The notes under the pieces were generated by a model that saw only the letters and a list, made by a program, of their open reading frames with translations, made no database searches and was not told the origin of the DNA. Positions 1 through 14,614 of a stretch of DNA of 64,000 bases are shown here, piece by piece (within the stretch, counting starts at the first letter, position 1; each line of letters starts with the position of its first letter). Position numbers and translations under genes: made by a program. The DNA is from Eledone cirrhosa (Eukaryota), in contig OZ024742.1 of the NCBI GenBank assembly GCA_964016885.1, positions 193,502,001 through 193,566,000 on the forward strand, given 5' to 3'.

Positions 1-192
1 ACCTATGGTTTAAATTTCATATAAATCGAAGGGAACAAATTTTAAGCGGGGTTTTGTGCCCCCGGAGAACCCTTTGATTAAAATGAAATATACTTAACCT
101 GGTCAATGTAGTTTCCGAATATATATGGGAATGGGGGTCTACCTCCAAAACCATAGGAGGAGTTCGTGAACAAATCAACAGACAGAAATACA

Positions 193-196
<4 letters not shown>

Positions 197-271
<75 letters not shown>
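197..271. repeat. (TA)n microsatellite
   Basis: Pure TA run; one of many such tracts. Confidence 0.95.
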
Positions 272-282
<11 letters not shown>

Positions 283-1597
283 TAATAAATGTGAAGACTA
301 AAATCCAAAGAGGGCTAGATAAGGATACATATATATCAAATATATATATAAAATATATATCAAATATATAAGAACCCTAGAGCGATTCTTTGTTGAAACT
401 TTAATATTTTATTATAATAAATATATATATATATTCAAAATCTTGTATATATATATATATATATTCAATGTGCTTGCTGAAGGCTTGTACATCAAACTCC
501 CTAATTCTGCAGTCCTTGTCTTAAGGATGAATACACTTGAAAACCGCCGTTCGATTATTCAAAGAAATTATTTATTTTGAAGCAAAATGTATTTTTACTA
601 TCGGATATGGACCTAAAACAGATAGATGCCTTAATTGGCATCTTTATCTGTTGGAACGTGCAAAATGAAATTCGACCATGATTTTTTCATTGATCGTTCG
701 GAAGAATATTTTATTTCAATGAGCTTCCTAATTTCTGAATATATTACGTTATTAATTGGAAATTGCTTCTCTGTTTTACGAGTCTAGTTTTATTTTCAGA
801 AACATTATAACAGAATACATTATCCAATGTATCCACGTTCTTGTTGATATTTGATAGAAATTTGACGTAAGAAGTCTAGCATCACAAGTAATCCCCTTAA
901 CATCTCCACCCACTCGCTGGAAATATATATGCCATTTCATTTCTAACTTTAACAGAACAATAAAGATATATTTTGACACTTGTATCGATTAATCTTAAAA
1001 ATTTAAACTTGAATGTTGTTCTTAATTCTCTCCTCGGAAATAGCTGTTTTGCATAGCAAATATTTAGATGTCCTATAGTGTGCAATAATAGTTTTCATAC
1101 AAACGTTGCTAGCTGTCGTCTGGTAATGGGGTAATGGCCAATGTATAACAATATTAGTAACGATAGAAGAAAGATATAAACTATAGAAATGATGTATATA
1201 AAGACATTATTTCATTTATAATAGGCACTTCATTGTAAATTACATGATTATAGACAACATCCTCCGATAGGAATTGATTTAAATACAATACCCTGAAATA
1301 AAAACAAATCTATAATCTAATAACATAATGAATTCTTAACAAATGTGTCCACATATTCACTGCAATACAGTTAAATGAGATGGACAACAGAAATTTACTT
1401 TGTCTATCATATATATATATATACAGTGCAAGAGTAAGCCAATCTTAAAGTGAGAGATGGAGATAGGAGAGGAGAGATTGGTGAATTAGTATTATTATTA
1501 TTCCTTACATTCCTTACCTTAAACTACAACTATGTTGACACTCTTTAAATAATGAATTCCTTGTGAAATTTGTGGTCTTGTTTTGCTTAACTAATGA

Positions 1598-3000
<1,403 letters not shown>

Positions 3001-3636
3001 ACAATTTGTATATATTTTGTATATTTGAATATGTGTTATATAGGTAAACATATAAAGCTTTTCTTTGTCTTCCTTGCGACTATTATTTTTAATTATATAC
3101 AATGTATTATTGTTAATCTCATAAAAGATATTATTTTATGTTGCGCCTTTGTCTCCGAACGTAAACTTAATCACAAATACCGTATGAAGATGTCAGAAGT
3201 GACAACATGAATAGAATTGGAGACACAAAGTGCCATTTTCTGAGTTCGTGCAATACTAATCGTCTGGACATGTATCAACGATGCAAAATATTAATTCTGA
3301 AATCATTCAATCAGCAGATTCGGAATACACTGTGGTTGGCATTCTTGTTAGAATGTTGGCTATAATGATTTGGTGTTAATCTCTTCTTTTCACTGTCAGT
3401 ATAATTCCCTGTTGGGTAGTCTTTGCCTCGATAGATAAAGTACTAGTTCATTATATCCGTCGATTCTTCATTTATCTTTCTTTAACTCTTGTTCATATTC
3501 TCAACCTGTCTCTCTCTATCTCTGGCGAGTAATGGCCTTCGCTATGTGTATGTGCGCCAAAATACTGTATGTACTACGGTGCCCACTCGATTATCTGAAG
3601 AGATAAATTTCCAGAGATGAACGGAGAATATATATA

Positions 3637-3826
3637 ACGAAAGAGGTGTGGTAAGGAACCAGATGGACCATAACGCACCAGAGTAACTCAATGCTTAGGA
3701 TAGTAGAGTGTGTAATAGGAAAACGTTTAAGCCCTACGGCAGAGCTGAAGCCGTTTCGACGGTTATTTCTGGACTAGAAATAGCCGTCAAAACGGCTTGA
3801 GCTCTGCCGTCGGTGTTAATCTTTTT

Positions 3827-3829
<3 letters not shown>
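3637..3829. mobile_element. Asymmetric palindromic mini-element, family X copy 1
   Basis: Hairpin centred on TTTCT-ggact-AGAAA with long left and short right arm; TA-flanked; homologous to 3890-4077, 52767-52962 and 54031-54256. Confidence 0.75.
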
Positions 3830-4177
<348 letters not shown>

Positions 4178-4413
4178 AGGGAGATGGGGAGAGAGAAAGA
4201 GAGGGCCTGCGGTGATGAGACCGGAGTGAGAACTAATCAATTGAGTATTCAAATCATGAGGAGATGCAGAGTGGATATATACATAGGTAAAGCACACTAG
4301 CCGAAGCTGTTTGACACTAAAACAGAAGGATCTGTAGATCCTATATATATTCTCCTCCGATCATCCCTGGATATTTATATCTTCTCTTGAGATAATCGCG
4401 TGGGCGCCGTTGT

Positions 4414-4447
<34 letters not shown>

Positions 4448-4483
4448 TTATAGATATATATATAATATATATTTATAAGTATA

Positions 4484-4562
<79 letters not shown>

Positions 4563-4589
4563 ACATATATATATATGCATATATATATA

Positions 4590-4653
<64 letters not shown>

Positions 4654-4695
4654 CAAATAACGAAACGAAATTAAATTTCGTTTCGTTTTAATTTA

Positions 4696-4844
<149 letters not shown>

Positions 4845-5336
4845 GCCAATGTTCATTCTCAAATACTTGGGGGACACAGGCTTATGGTAAATTATACTGT
4901 CTACAAATTTACAGCACAAATTAACCGAACAGAAAACTATATTATGAAGAACAAAATAATTTAACCGTACAGACATCAAGAAGTAGATATTTAAACAAAA
5001 GTTTATCCAGGCAGATATCGGCATTATTCAAATATCATTGAATTTTAGACAATATACATAATTCATAAACCACAGAATGAAGAACATATATACATGATCA
5101 GAAACGTTGCAGACGATCAAGTAAATAATAACACAGATACTTGAAACAAGCGAACAGTCAGGTATCAGTAGAGCAAGAATATATGTCTATATATAAATAT
5201 ATATATCTTATATGTATATATAGTGTATTTTGCAATACACTGTATGCTTAATTAAAAGCATTTCGAAGACCTTATGCTATTATTTAGAGTAGTGACAGAC
5301 TCACTTACTTTAATTTTCAGCAGACAGGGGAGATAA

Positions 5337-5381
5337 AGCTGACAAGGTCCTGTTTCGCATTTATTGGTGCTTATCAAAGCC
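5337..5381 (-). ncRNA. Type I hammerhead ribozyme (U3-A8 variant)
   Basis: Reverse complement: GGCT-TTGATAA-GCAccaataaaTGC-GAAA-CAGGacCTTG-TC-AGCT; stems I, II and III pair; GUC triplet. Confidence 0.8.
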
Positions 5382-5723
5382 AACTACTCCTCCTTTTAGC
5401 TGAAATCATGGATGTTTGGTTCTCATAGAATTCTAGTAAATAATCAGGAACAGATTATACAGAGCGGTTGCCGGTCAGGCAGAAATTGAAAATAAGAATT
5501 GGTGCTCTGAAATAGCTATATATATATGAATGTATATATAGTGTATTTTGCCATACACTGTATGCTTAATTAAAAGGGTTTCGAAGACTTTATGCTATTG
5601 TTTTAGAGTGGTGACAGACTCACTTACTTTAATTTTCAGCAGACAGGGGAGATAAAGCTTATTATTTACTAGAATTTTATAAGAACAAAACATCCATGAT
5701 TTCAGCAAACAGTAGGAGTATTT

Positions 5724-5768
5724 GGCTTTGATAAGCATCAATAAATGCGAAACAGAGACTTGTCAGCT
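5724..5768 (+). ncRNA. Type I hammerhead ribozyme (U3-A8 variant)
   Basis: GGCT-TTGATAA-GCATcaataaATGC-GAAA-CAGagacTTG-TC-AGCT. Confidence 0.8.
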
Positions 5769-5935
5769 TCATCTCCCCTGTCTGCTGAAAATTAATGTAC
5801 GTGAGTCTGTCACTACTCTAAAACAATAGCATAAGGTCTTCCAAATGCTTTTAATTAAGCATACAGTGTATTGCAAAATACACTATATATACATTCATAT
5901 ATATATAGTTATTTCAGAGCTCCAATTCTAATATA

Positions 5936-6015
5936 TCTTTATATATATAAAAGCGAGAATGTGTGTGTGTGTAACGCTTCTACAATTACCAACCGAATTT
6001 GACCAGATTTTTCGT
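5936..6015 (+). mobile_element. 5' fragment of a non-autonomous Helitron-like element
   Basis: TC start; tatatataaaagcgag(tg)n...acaattaccaaccgaattt matches the reverse complement of 56610-56722. Confidence 0.55.
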
Positions 6016-6143
6016 ACGTATATTTGATTGTTTATGTTATGGCGTATATTTTATATATTCTTGTACATATGGTTTGGCTATCTGTATACGGGAGTTTTGC
6101 GTCTGTGTGAGTATGCAGGTTCGTAAGTATGTAGGATGTGTGT

Positions 6144-8117
6144 ACATGTGTACATTCCCGACAGATTCTTCCACGACAACCTCCACCTCATGCGATACAT
6201 CGTAGAGAGGGTAGCTAGGGAACCTGGCACGGGTGGGTCCTTGATCAATTTAGATCAGTCAAAAGCTTTCGATAGGGTCGACCATCGTTACCTAGCGGCA
6301 GTCCTGAGGGCGGCTGTCTTTGGGCCCGTCTTCAGAAGCTGGATGGCTGCTATGCACAGCGACATCTTCTCTGTGGTGAGAGTGAACGGTCACCTTTCGG
6401 AACCGTTAAACATCATGCGCTAGGTCCACCAAGGATGTCCCCTGTCGTCGCTCTTGTACGTATTGACTCTGGAGCCATTACTGCACAAACTGTAGACGTT
6501 GAGGGTGTTCCCACGCGAAATAGGATGCGGAAGATCCGTGACAGCATATGCGGACGGGTCAGCATATGCGGACGATGTCACTGTAGTAGTGCGATCGGCA
6601 CCACACTAAGAGAATACGAAGCGGTGACAGGAGCACTGATCAACCAGGAAAAGTCAGTGGGTCAGCAGCTCGGCACCTGGAGAGGCAGGTCCATGCCATC
6701 CAACAGCGTCGTCGGGCGCTGGACGGATGGACGAGTTAAATTGCTAGGGGTCTGGTTCGGTCCGGATCTCCAGACGGACAAAAACTGTGACAAGGTGACG
6801 AGCAGGGTGGCTTCTCTCACCCAGAAATGGGCCGAGAGGAAGCTATCCCTGAAAGGTCGAGCGGAGGTGGCTAACGCGTATATCGCGTTCGTCATCTACT
6901 ACCGCCTGACCGTCGTACCTTGTCCGAAGCCCCGCCTGACTGCGCTGGAGCGTTTGCTCTTTCGCTTTTTGTGGAAGGGACGCGCTCCGATGATCAGGCG
7001 GTCCATCTTCTGTCAACACCCGCTACGTGGAGGGCTGGGAATGCCGTGACTGATGATGCGCAGACACGCTCTTAGGCTACGACATCTCCACCTCTTCCTT
7101 GACGGTGATCAGGTGTGGTCTCCGTTTGCTAGACACTATTTCCCCAGCTCGTCTCCTGGGTCAAGCGAAGACCGAGAGGGAGCGCTTGGAGACTAGAATG
7201 ACTTCAGGCGCTCACAGCCCTCGACCAATCGGGCAATGTGATCGGTGGAAACTCCATCTTGGCGTTCTATATAGGATTAGTGGAGGGGAAGAGCGACGAC
7301 GTACTTGGGAAAACTCTAGCGGAAATCAACTAGCCAATCTCTTCGGAAAACTTTCGGGCCGGTGCCTATGGACAACTTCCAGAAATCCCTGGCCTGGCAG
7401 TGCTACCGAGGAGCTTTGCCAGTTCGGGATAAACTCTACAGGCATGGAAGTGCCATCACCCGGGCATGTCCTAGATGTGCGGAGGGCGACGAAATCGTCC
7501 AGTGTCCGAGCATTGCTGGCTTGTGGGTTTATGTCGAACAGCTACTGTCGCGTGTAGGAAGGATCCGGCTATCAGCTGTGTCCATCGTGAGGATTGCCCC
7601 GTCATCTTCCTTTAGCCCTGAAGGGCAGGCAGCTTTTATCTGTTAGGTGGACATGGCGAAAGATTAGTATGGTGGGCGCATTTGAAAGGGCTGAAGACGA
7701 GCACTTACCTCTTCTGTGATGCCCTGATAAAATCTTTCAAATTTCATTTGAAAAGGAAAATCAGGGTAGAGAAGGAAGTGCTCTCCTGCCAGCATTTTGT
7801 TGAAAGATGGGTGAGAGAGGCAAGAATGGCCCGAGTGAATGGGCCTACTCTGAGTATGTGTCTGTAAATTACAGGTGGAAAACTGGGAGAGGGAAATTGC
7901 CCTGGTGGTCAGGGTCACTGTGGCTTTTTAATGGGCTTTCACCACGAATGTCCCTCGGAAGTCTCCCCCCGTATTGGGGAAATTTTCATTGTTATTTTTT
8001 GTTACATCCTCTGTTTTTGTTTTTTACACGCAGAAATGCCCATTTGTACTGTCCTGTATTGTCCTGTACTGTCCTTAATGTCTACTTTATGTAAACCCTT
8101 GTGGTTAATAAAGAAAG

Positions 8118-8118
<1 letters not shown>
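6144..8118 (+). mobile_element. L1/Tx1-like LINE copy T1, 5'-truncated and decayed
   Basis: RT fragments (INLDQSKAFDRVDH, KLSLKGRAEVANAY); same 3' UTR as T3/T4, ending AATAAAGAAAGC then (ATT)n. Confidence 0.9.
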
Positions 8119-8151
<33 letters not shown>

Positions 8152-8292
8152 GAAGCATAGAGTTACCTCCCTGTATGATCTGAGTTCAAATCCCGCCCAG
8201 GTTAACTTTGCCTTTCATCCTTCTGGGGTCGATAGAATAAAGTACCAGTAATGCATTGGATAATTGCTGGCCTTGTGCCAAAAGTAGAAACA
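8152..8292 (+). mobile_element. tRNA-derived SINE (MetaSINE-like core), 5'-truncated
   Basis: B-box GAGTTCAAATCCC, core TTTGCCTTTCATCC..GGGGTCGATA, (ATT)n tail. Confidence 0.85.
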
Positions 8293-8313
8293 ATTATTAT
8301 TATTATTATTATT

Positions 8314-8948
8314 CCTTGAATCTCAGTCATTGATGTTAGTTAACTGGAAAGTCCGTTGGAATGAATATCAAGCCACTACCTGCAGCCTCAGATATTCAGG
8401 ACGTATCGAAGTGTTCTTGCTGTTCCCAGCAAGCATGCCTTTTGAAGCGTTTCAAAAAGCGTGAAGGGGCCGATTTTCTTTAACCATCCCTGGAAACTTT
8501 TGGAGATAGTACCTAGTGCGCCTATGACAATCGGGATCACTTCGACTTCATGGCAGTTCCAAATCCTTTTTACCTCCCACTTTAAGTCTTGGTATCGGTT
8601 AATTTTCTGCCTCACCTTCTCTTGCACTCTCGTGTCGAATGGGCAGGCCACATCCACAATCAGACACGCTCTTTTTTCTTTGTCCACAACCACCAGGTCA
8701 GGTCTATTGTGTTCCAGTTTCTTGTCCGTCTGTATCCTAAAATCCCACAGCACCTTCACCTGATCGTTCTCCATCACCGCCTCTGGCCTATGCTCATACC
8801 ATTTCTCAGAATGTGGTAAATTGTTTACTTTGCACAGGTGCCAGTGGATCACCCTGCCCATCACATCATGTCTCCAGCCCTTATAGTGGGTCTGGGCTAG
8901 GTGTTTACACTCGGATACAATATGAGCCACAGTCTCCTCTCTCCTCTC
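8314..8948 (-). mobile_element. R4/Dong-like retrotransposon family A copy A1, 5'-truncated (~0.6 kb)
   Basis: ETVAHIVSEC, RHD and RPDLVVVD..IVDVACP (PD..D restriction-like endonuclease); bounded by (ATT)n. Confidence 0.9.
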
Positions 8949-9012
<64 letters not shown>

Positions 9013-9018
9013 GTTATT

Positions 9019-12000
9019 GAAGGTGAAGCCACGCTTCTTATCACCTTCAGTTTACCTCGTTTTCAACCGGTCTAAACCTTTAATTCAAGTTTTAATTTTG
9101 ATAAAAATTTAGGAGTGACCCACCTAATATGGGGTGTCGTATCGTGTAAAAATATTATTTTAAAAAAAAAAAAAAATTATTTCAACATGGATAACCCAAG
9201 ATAGAAAGAGAGCGCTGTCAGACAACACAGAGAGTGGAAGTCTTTGTCAACATATGAACAAGACAGAGTTCTAGCGGAGGTAAATATAAAAAAATATTAC
9301 GAATGAAAAGAGGAACAGTATCATTTTTAATGATATTGTTACAGATTTAAAATTACCAAATATTTTTATGATAAACAACACCAACAACAACACCATCAAT
9401 AAAAACAGCAATAAGAAAAACAACAGCGGTAAGGTCGAGAACGACAATAACAATGACAATAACAACATCCACAACAACCATAATAGTAGGAAGAGTATCA
9501 ACAAAAACAACAATAATAACAACAGCCACAATAACAGTAACAACAGCAACAGTATCAACGAAAACAACAACAACAACAGCAACAACAGCAACAACAGTAC
9601 CAACGAAAACATCAACAATGACATCGACACCTGTAACAGCGATCTCAGCACCACCAGCAAGACCAGTAGCGGCAGCAATAGTGGTGCTGCTGAAAAAGGG
9701 ACCAATTCTTTTGCAGGTGTCGCCTGAATTATCGAAACAGTGTTAGTCACAAAGGAAGAGATGGCAGTCGCAAGGGCCATGGTGACAAGAAGCGCCAATA
9801 GAGTTTCCCTGAAACCTCCACCCGATTTTTTCAAGTACCAGCAGCTACGGACGGTAAATTACCGCACCGTAAGCAAAATGTCACATCGGGTGGGGAGAGC
9901 CACGGAGGCTCCAATCCAAAAGGCCTTGCGGTGCGTCTGGGGACGCAGAACCCACATCAATCGAGGCAGAAAGTACGCCACGGTAGAATATTTTCGCCAC
10001 CTCCCTAAGCAGCGATATCTCACTCTTTGGAAACCCTAAAGAGTGAGGAGATAGGCTTGGTGCCATCCTACTGCGGGAAGAAACTTGTGAGGGTCCTACC
10101 CGACGTGCCCATACCTTGGCTGGCCGCGTCTGTCCTTGCTGCAATCGAGGACAGGACGACCATGCTGCAAGTAGAGAAAATAGGGAGAGAGAACTGGTCA
10201 GGTATAGGCATGGAAATGCTTATACAGACTGACCAGGAATGTATCCCCGATATCATAGACCTCGAGGAAGGACTCCAACTCCCTATAAGCGTGGAAGGAA
10301 GACGGCCAAAATGTTATCTCTGTGAGTCAAAGGGGTCACTTCAGGGCCTTTTGCCCACAAAAGACAGCGAAGAAGAAGGCCCATCTCCTTCCAACCCCTG
10401 GTCTTCTGCTACCAAGAGCAGGGCAGGCAACAAACGCAGAAGCCCCTTCCACGGTGAGTAGGAGGGTAACGTCCGTGGCACCCCTACCAAGTCCACGGAC
10501 AACTAAAGCAGCAGCATCAATGGCGGCAACACCAGTAACAACATTTGCAGTAGCTACACCAGCAAGAATATCGCCGGAGAGGGCTCCACTGCCACCACCA
10601 CCAACAGCCGTGGAGCAGATACCCCTCCCAGACGGTACGGAATCCGACATGGAGTCTGAGGCGGAAGTGAAGTGCCATCGGTCTGCCACAAAAAAGAAAA
10701 AAGAAAAAAACCGTTAGCCTCACCCTTCAAAAGCGAAGGCACATACAGAGGGGTAAACGCTGCAAGGAGACATGCAGCAACACCAACACCATCACCATCA
10801 CCACCACAGGAACCACCGCCAACAACCATCACACCAGCACCAGCATCACCATAAACACCAACAACGCAAACATAACAAAACACACAAACCCAACAGCAAC
10901 AAGAAGAAAACAGCAACAAAATCACCCCTCCCCTCAAAAAGTTCACAGGCATAAACATGGCAATCAAAGACTCATATAACATATAAAGCAGCACAGAGAC
11001 ATCACATAAAAACTACTACACCCCACAGACACCAAGAACGCTCCTGACAAACATAAGCCTCATTGATATCAATATAGAACAGTACAAACTTTTAAAACAA
11101 AAATTCCCCAACGCAGTTGGAGACTTTAGAGGGTCGGTTACCAAGAGGATATACACAGACATCGTCTTGGAAACACCCATAACCAGCCAAAGGGACGGTT
11201 CTACTGTCCCTTCACCACAGGATCAAGGTAAGTGACCCTTTCTCACTTGCCCCGTTTCTTATCCAACATGGCCGTACTTAAAATAGGCAGTATAAATGCA
11301 CGAGGCCTGGGGACATCTGGAAAGCAGGGTCACCTGCTCAACAACCTCAGGTCACTAGATATAGATGTGGTGGCCATCAGCGAGACCAGAATCTCCGAAG
11401 CACGAGCCTTCGCACCGATCTTCGGTGGCTACGATGTATACGCATCTCCCAGCCGACCAGGATTGTGGGCAGGGGATGCCGTCCTTTTTCGGAAAGGCTT
11501 GGATCTCGCCATACGGGCCATCTTCCTGGACCCAGAAGGTAAGTCGATGGTGTTTGACGTGACCGGCTGCGAGGCAATGCTTTCAGGCTAGTAGCCGTCT
11601 ACGCCCCAATTGGGGCAGGACGGCCAGATTTCTTCAGACGTCTAAAGACCTTCTTGGAACGTTCCACTCTTTGTTGTTAGTGGGCGACTGGAATGTTCTC
11701 TTTGATGCACGCTGGGATTGTGTGGGGCTAGTGGATAGGGGAGAATGGTGCAAAAGCCTCACCAACCTGCTCAGACTTTTGAACTGTCTGACAGGTATCG
11801 GCTGGATCACCCGAATGTGCCAATATGGACATGGACAAACCGCATCGGGTCATCCAGATCGTATCTCGATAGAGTATTCTACAGAGAACTAGATAAGGCT
11901 AGTATAAGTTGTCCACAATTTAAAATAGTCGACTACACAGACCACAAATTCGTGAACGGTGAGGTCGACATAGACAGACTCCATAGACAAGGGCCCGGTT

Positions 12001-14587
12001 ACCGGAAGGTGAACGCGTCTTTCCCGGGGCGCAAAGCCTACAAAGACCAGATTAGCGTATTAGTTAAGCGGGCGTTGAGGGGAGCGGTCGTCAACAACAG
12101 GAGGTGGTTCGCCCTCTTCGGGAGCAGCGGCAGCCCGGATCGGGGTATGTACTTCAGTGCATACCTCGACGGACTGCCTCGACTCTCGACGACCGCAGCA
12201 CAGTGTTGCGAAAAACAAAAACAGCCGGTGAAATACGGGAAGCGATGGCTAACTGCACGAGGGGTAAATTGCCAGGTTTGGATGGTCTGCACTATGAGCT
12301 TTATGCATTTATGCCACACTTGTTCGGTGACCTCTTGGCAGGCGTCTACTGCAACTGGTAGCAAAACGGGAGCATTTCCAGTTATGTGAGCCGGGGAGCG
12401 GTGGCACTGCTGAGAACAGACCCGAACAAGCGGGATGTTATGGATAACTTCAAGCCCATAACCCTGCTAAATGTAGAGTTCAAGATTTTAGCGAATGTGA
12501 TAGCAACGAGGTTGGCGATTGTTGTCGAGGGTCTGATGGGTGAGGGGCAGACATGCGCATTCCGGACAGATCCATACACGACAACCGCCACCTCATGCGA
12601 TACATCGTAGAGAGGGTGGTTAAGGAACCTGGCACGGGTGGGGCCCTGATCAACTTGGATCAATCAGAAGCATTCGATCGGTACATAGCTACGGTCCTCG
12701 AGACAGTGGGTTTCGCGCCCGTTTTCAGGGATTGGATAGCTGCGATGTACAGCGACATCTACTCAGTTGTGAGAGTGAACGGTCACCCTTTGCAGCCGTT
12801 CAGCATCATGCGCTCGGTCCGCCAGGGTTGTGCCCTCTCTTCCCTCTTGTACGTAATGGTTCTCGAGCCGTTACTGCACAAACTGGGGGCGATGAGTGGC
12901 GTCCCACGCGAACTAGGATGCGGGAGATCCGAGACGGCTTACGCCGACGGCATCACTGTGGTGGTGTCGAGCACCAGATACATCCAGATACTCCGCACCG
13001 CTCTCAAGGAATACGAAGCGGTGACAGGAGCAAAGATAAACCAGGAAAATTCGGTGGGCTTGAAGGTTAGCACCTGGAGGGGCAAGTACATGCCCTCCGA
13101 CAGCGTCGTGGGGCGTTGGACAGACGGACCAGGTAAATTACTCGGGGTCTGGTTCGGTCCAGACCTCCAGATGGAGAAAAACTGGAGGGAGATGACGAGC
13201 AGCGTGGCCTCCCTCATCCAGAAATGGGCCGAGAGGAAGCTGGGAGGTGGTGGCGAATGCGTACATCGCATCCGTAATCTGCTACTGCCTCACCGTCGTC
13301 CCTCGCCTCGGCCCAACTCTCACCAAAATGGAGCGCCTCCTCTTCCGCTTTTTGTGGATGGGACGCGTTCCTATGTTCAGATGATCAATCTGTGTCAACA
13401 CCCGTTGCGTGGAGGACTGGGCATGCCATGGCTGATGATGCGCAAACATGCGCTGAGGCTGCGACATCTCTGGTGCTTCCTTGACGGTGAACAGGTGTAG
13501 TCGCCGTTCGCCAGGCACGTTTTCCCATAGCTCGTCTCCTTGACGGAGCTGCAGTCCTGGATCAGGAAAAGACCGAGGGATAGCGCTTGGAAACTGGAAT
13601 GTCTCCAGGCGCTCACTGCCCTCTGCCAGCTGGGCACCAGTATTGGTGGAACATCCACCTCGTCATTCTATAGAGGACTAGTGCAGGGGAAGGGCGACGA
13701 CGTTCTCGGAGATATCCAGGGCATCGAAGAAGAACAGCTGTTTACTCTCTTCCCGAGAACTTTCAGCCCAGGGCCTATGGATAACTTCCAAAAATCCCTG
13801 GCGTAGCAGTGCTACCGGGGAGCGTTGACGGTTCGAGATAAGCTCTACAGGCACGGAAGTGCCGTCAGCCGAGCCTATCCGAGATGCGCGCTGAGCGACG
13901 AAATCGTCGTGCACGCACACTTTCAGTGCCCGAGCATTGTTGACTTGTGGAGCTATGTCGAACAGTTGCTGTCGCGTGTAGGACTGATCCGGCTATCGAA
14001 TGAGTCCATTGTACCGATGATCTCGCCGTCTTCCTTCGAGGAGAAATGGCAGCCGGTTTTAATCTGCCTGGTGGCCATAGCGAAAGAGAATGTGTGGTGG
14101 ACAAGGTTGAAAGGGTTAAAGACAGAGACTTTCCTCTTCGGCGAATCCCTAATTAACTTTTTCTAGTTTCACTTGAAGAGAAAAATCAGGGTGGAGAGTA
14201 GCAAGTTTGTTGAAAGGTGGGTGAATGTAGCGAGAATGGTCCGAGTGAACCGGACCGCACTGAATATACGTCTGTAGTTTGAGAAATGGAAAAAATTTAG
14301 AGAGGGCGCTTGCCCTGGTGATCAGGATGGCCGTGGTCTTTTGTGTGGTTTTCGCCACGAGTAACCCTCGGAGGTTTCCCCCCTATTGGGGAATTTTTCA
14401 TTGTTTTAATTTTCATTTTTATAGTTTATATATATATATATATATGATTCTATGTATTTTTTTTCTTTTATTATATAAATAATAAAAATCTTTACACGCA
14501 CAAAACCCATATCGTACCGTCCTGTAGCGTCATGTGCCGTCTGTAATGTTTTTCTTGATGTCCGCCCTTGTGGTCAATAAATAAATC
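9019..14587 (+). mobile_element. L1/Tx1-like LINE copy T2, near full length, decayed, with internal ORF2 deletion near 12110
   Basis: Fragmented ORF1 (CYLC..GH..FC knuckle), APE start MAVLKIGSINARGL near 11268, RT fragments; (ATT)n at both ends. Confidence 0.9.
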
Positions 14588-14614
14588 ATTATTATTATTA
14601 TTATTATTATTATT

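Larger units (their letters stand above)
5212..5930. mobile_element. Hammerhead-containing Penelope pLTR/retrozyme-like element, tandem plus inverted units
   Basis: 5216-5340 is repeated at 5535-5660 (period ~320 bp); 5660-5930 is an inverted copy; a hammerhead motif is present in each orientation. Confidence 0.75.

Noticed and set aside
1-196. Possible end of a Helitron-type repeat (cctatggttt/aaaccatagg inverted pair)
   Set aside because: Cut by the window edge and without a second copy here, so it cannot be classified.
9271-9834. Leu-rich 187 aa ORF resembling a membrane protein
   Set aside because: It is the antisense reading of the (AAC)n-rich ORF1 region of T2.
14588-14614. Target-site duplications of defined length
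   Set aside because: They cannot be delimited inside a pure microsatellite.
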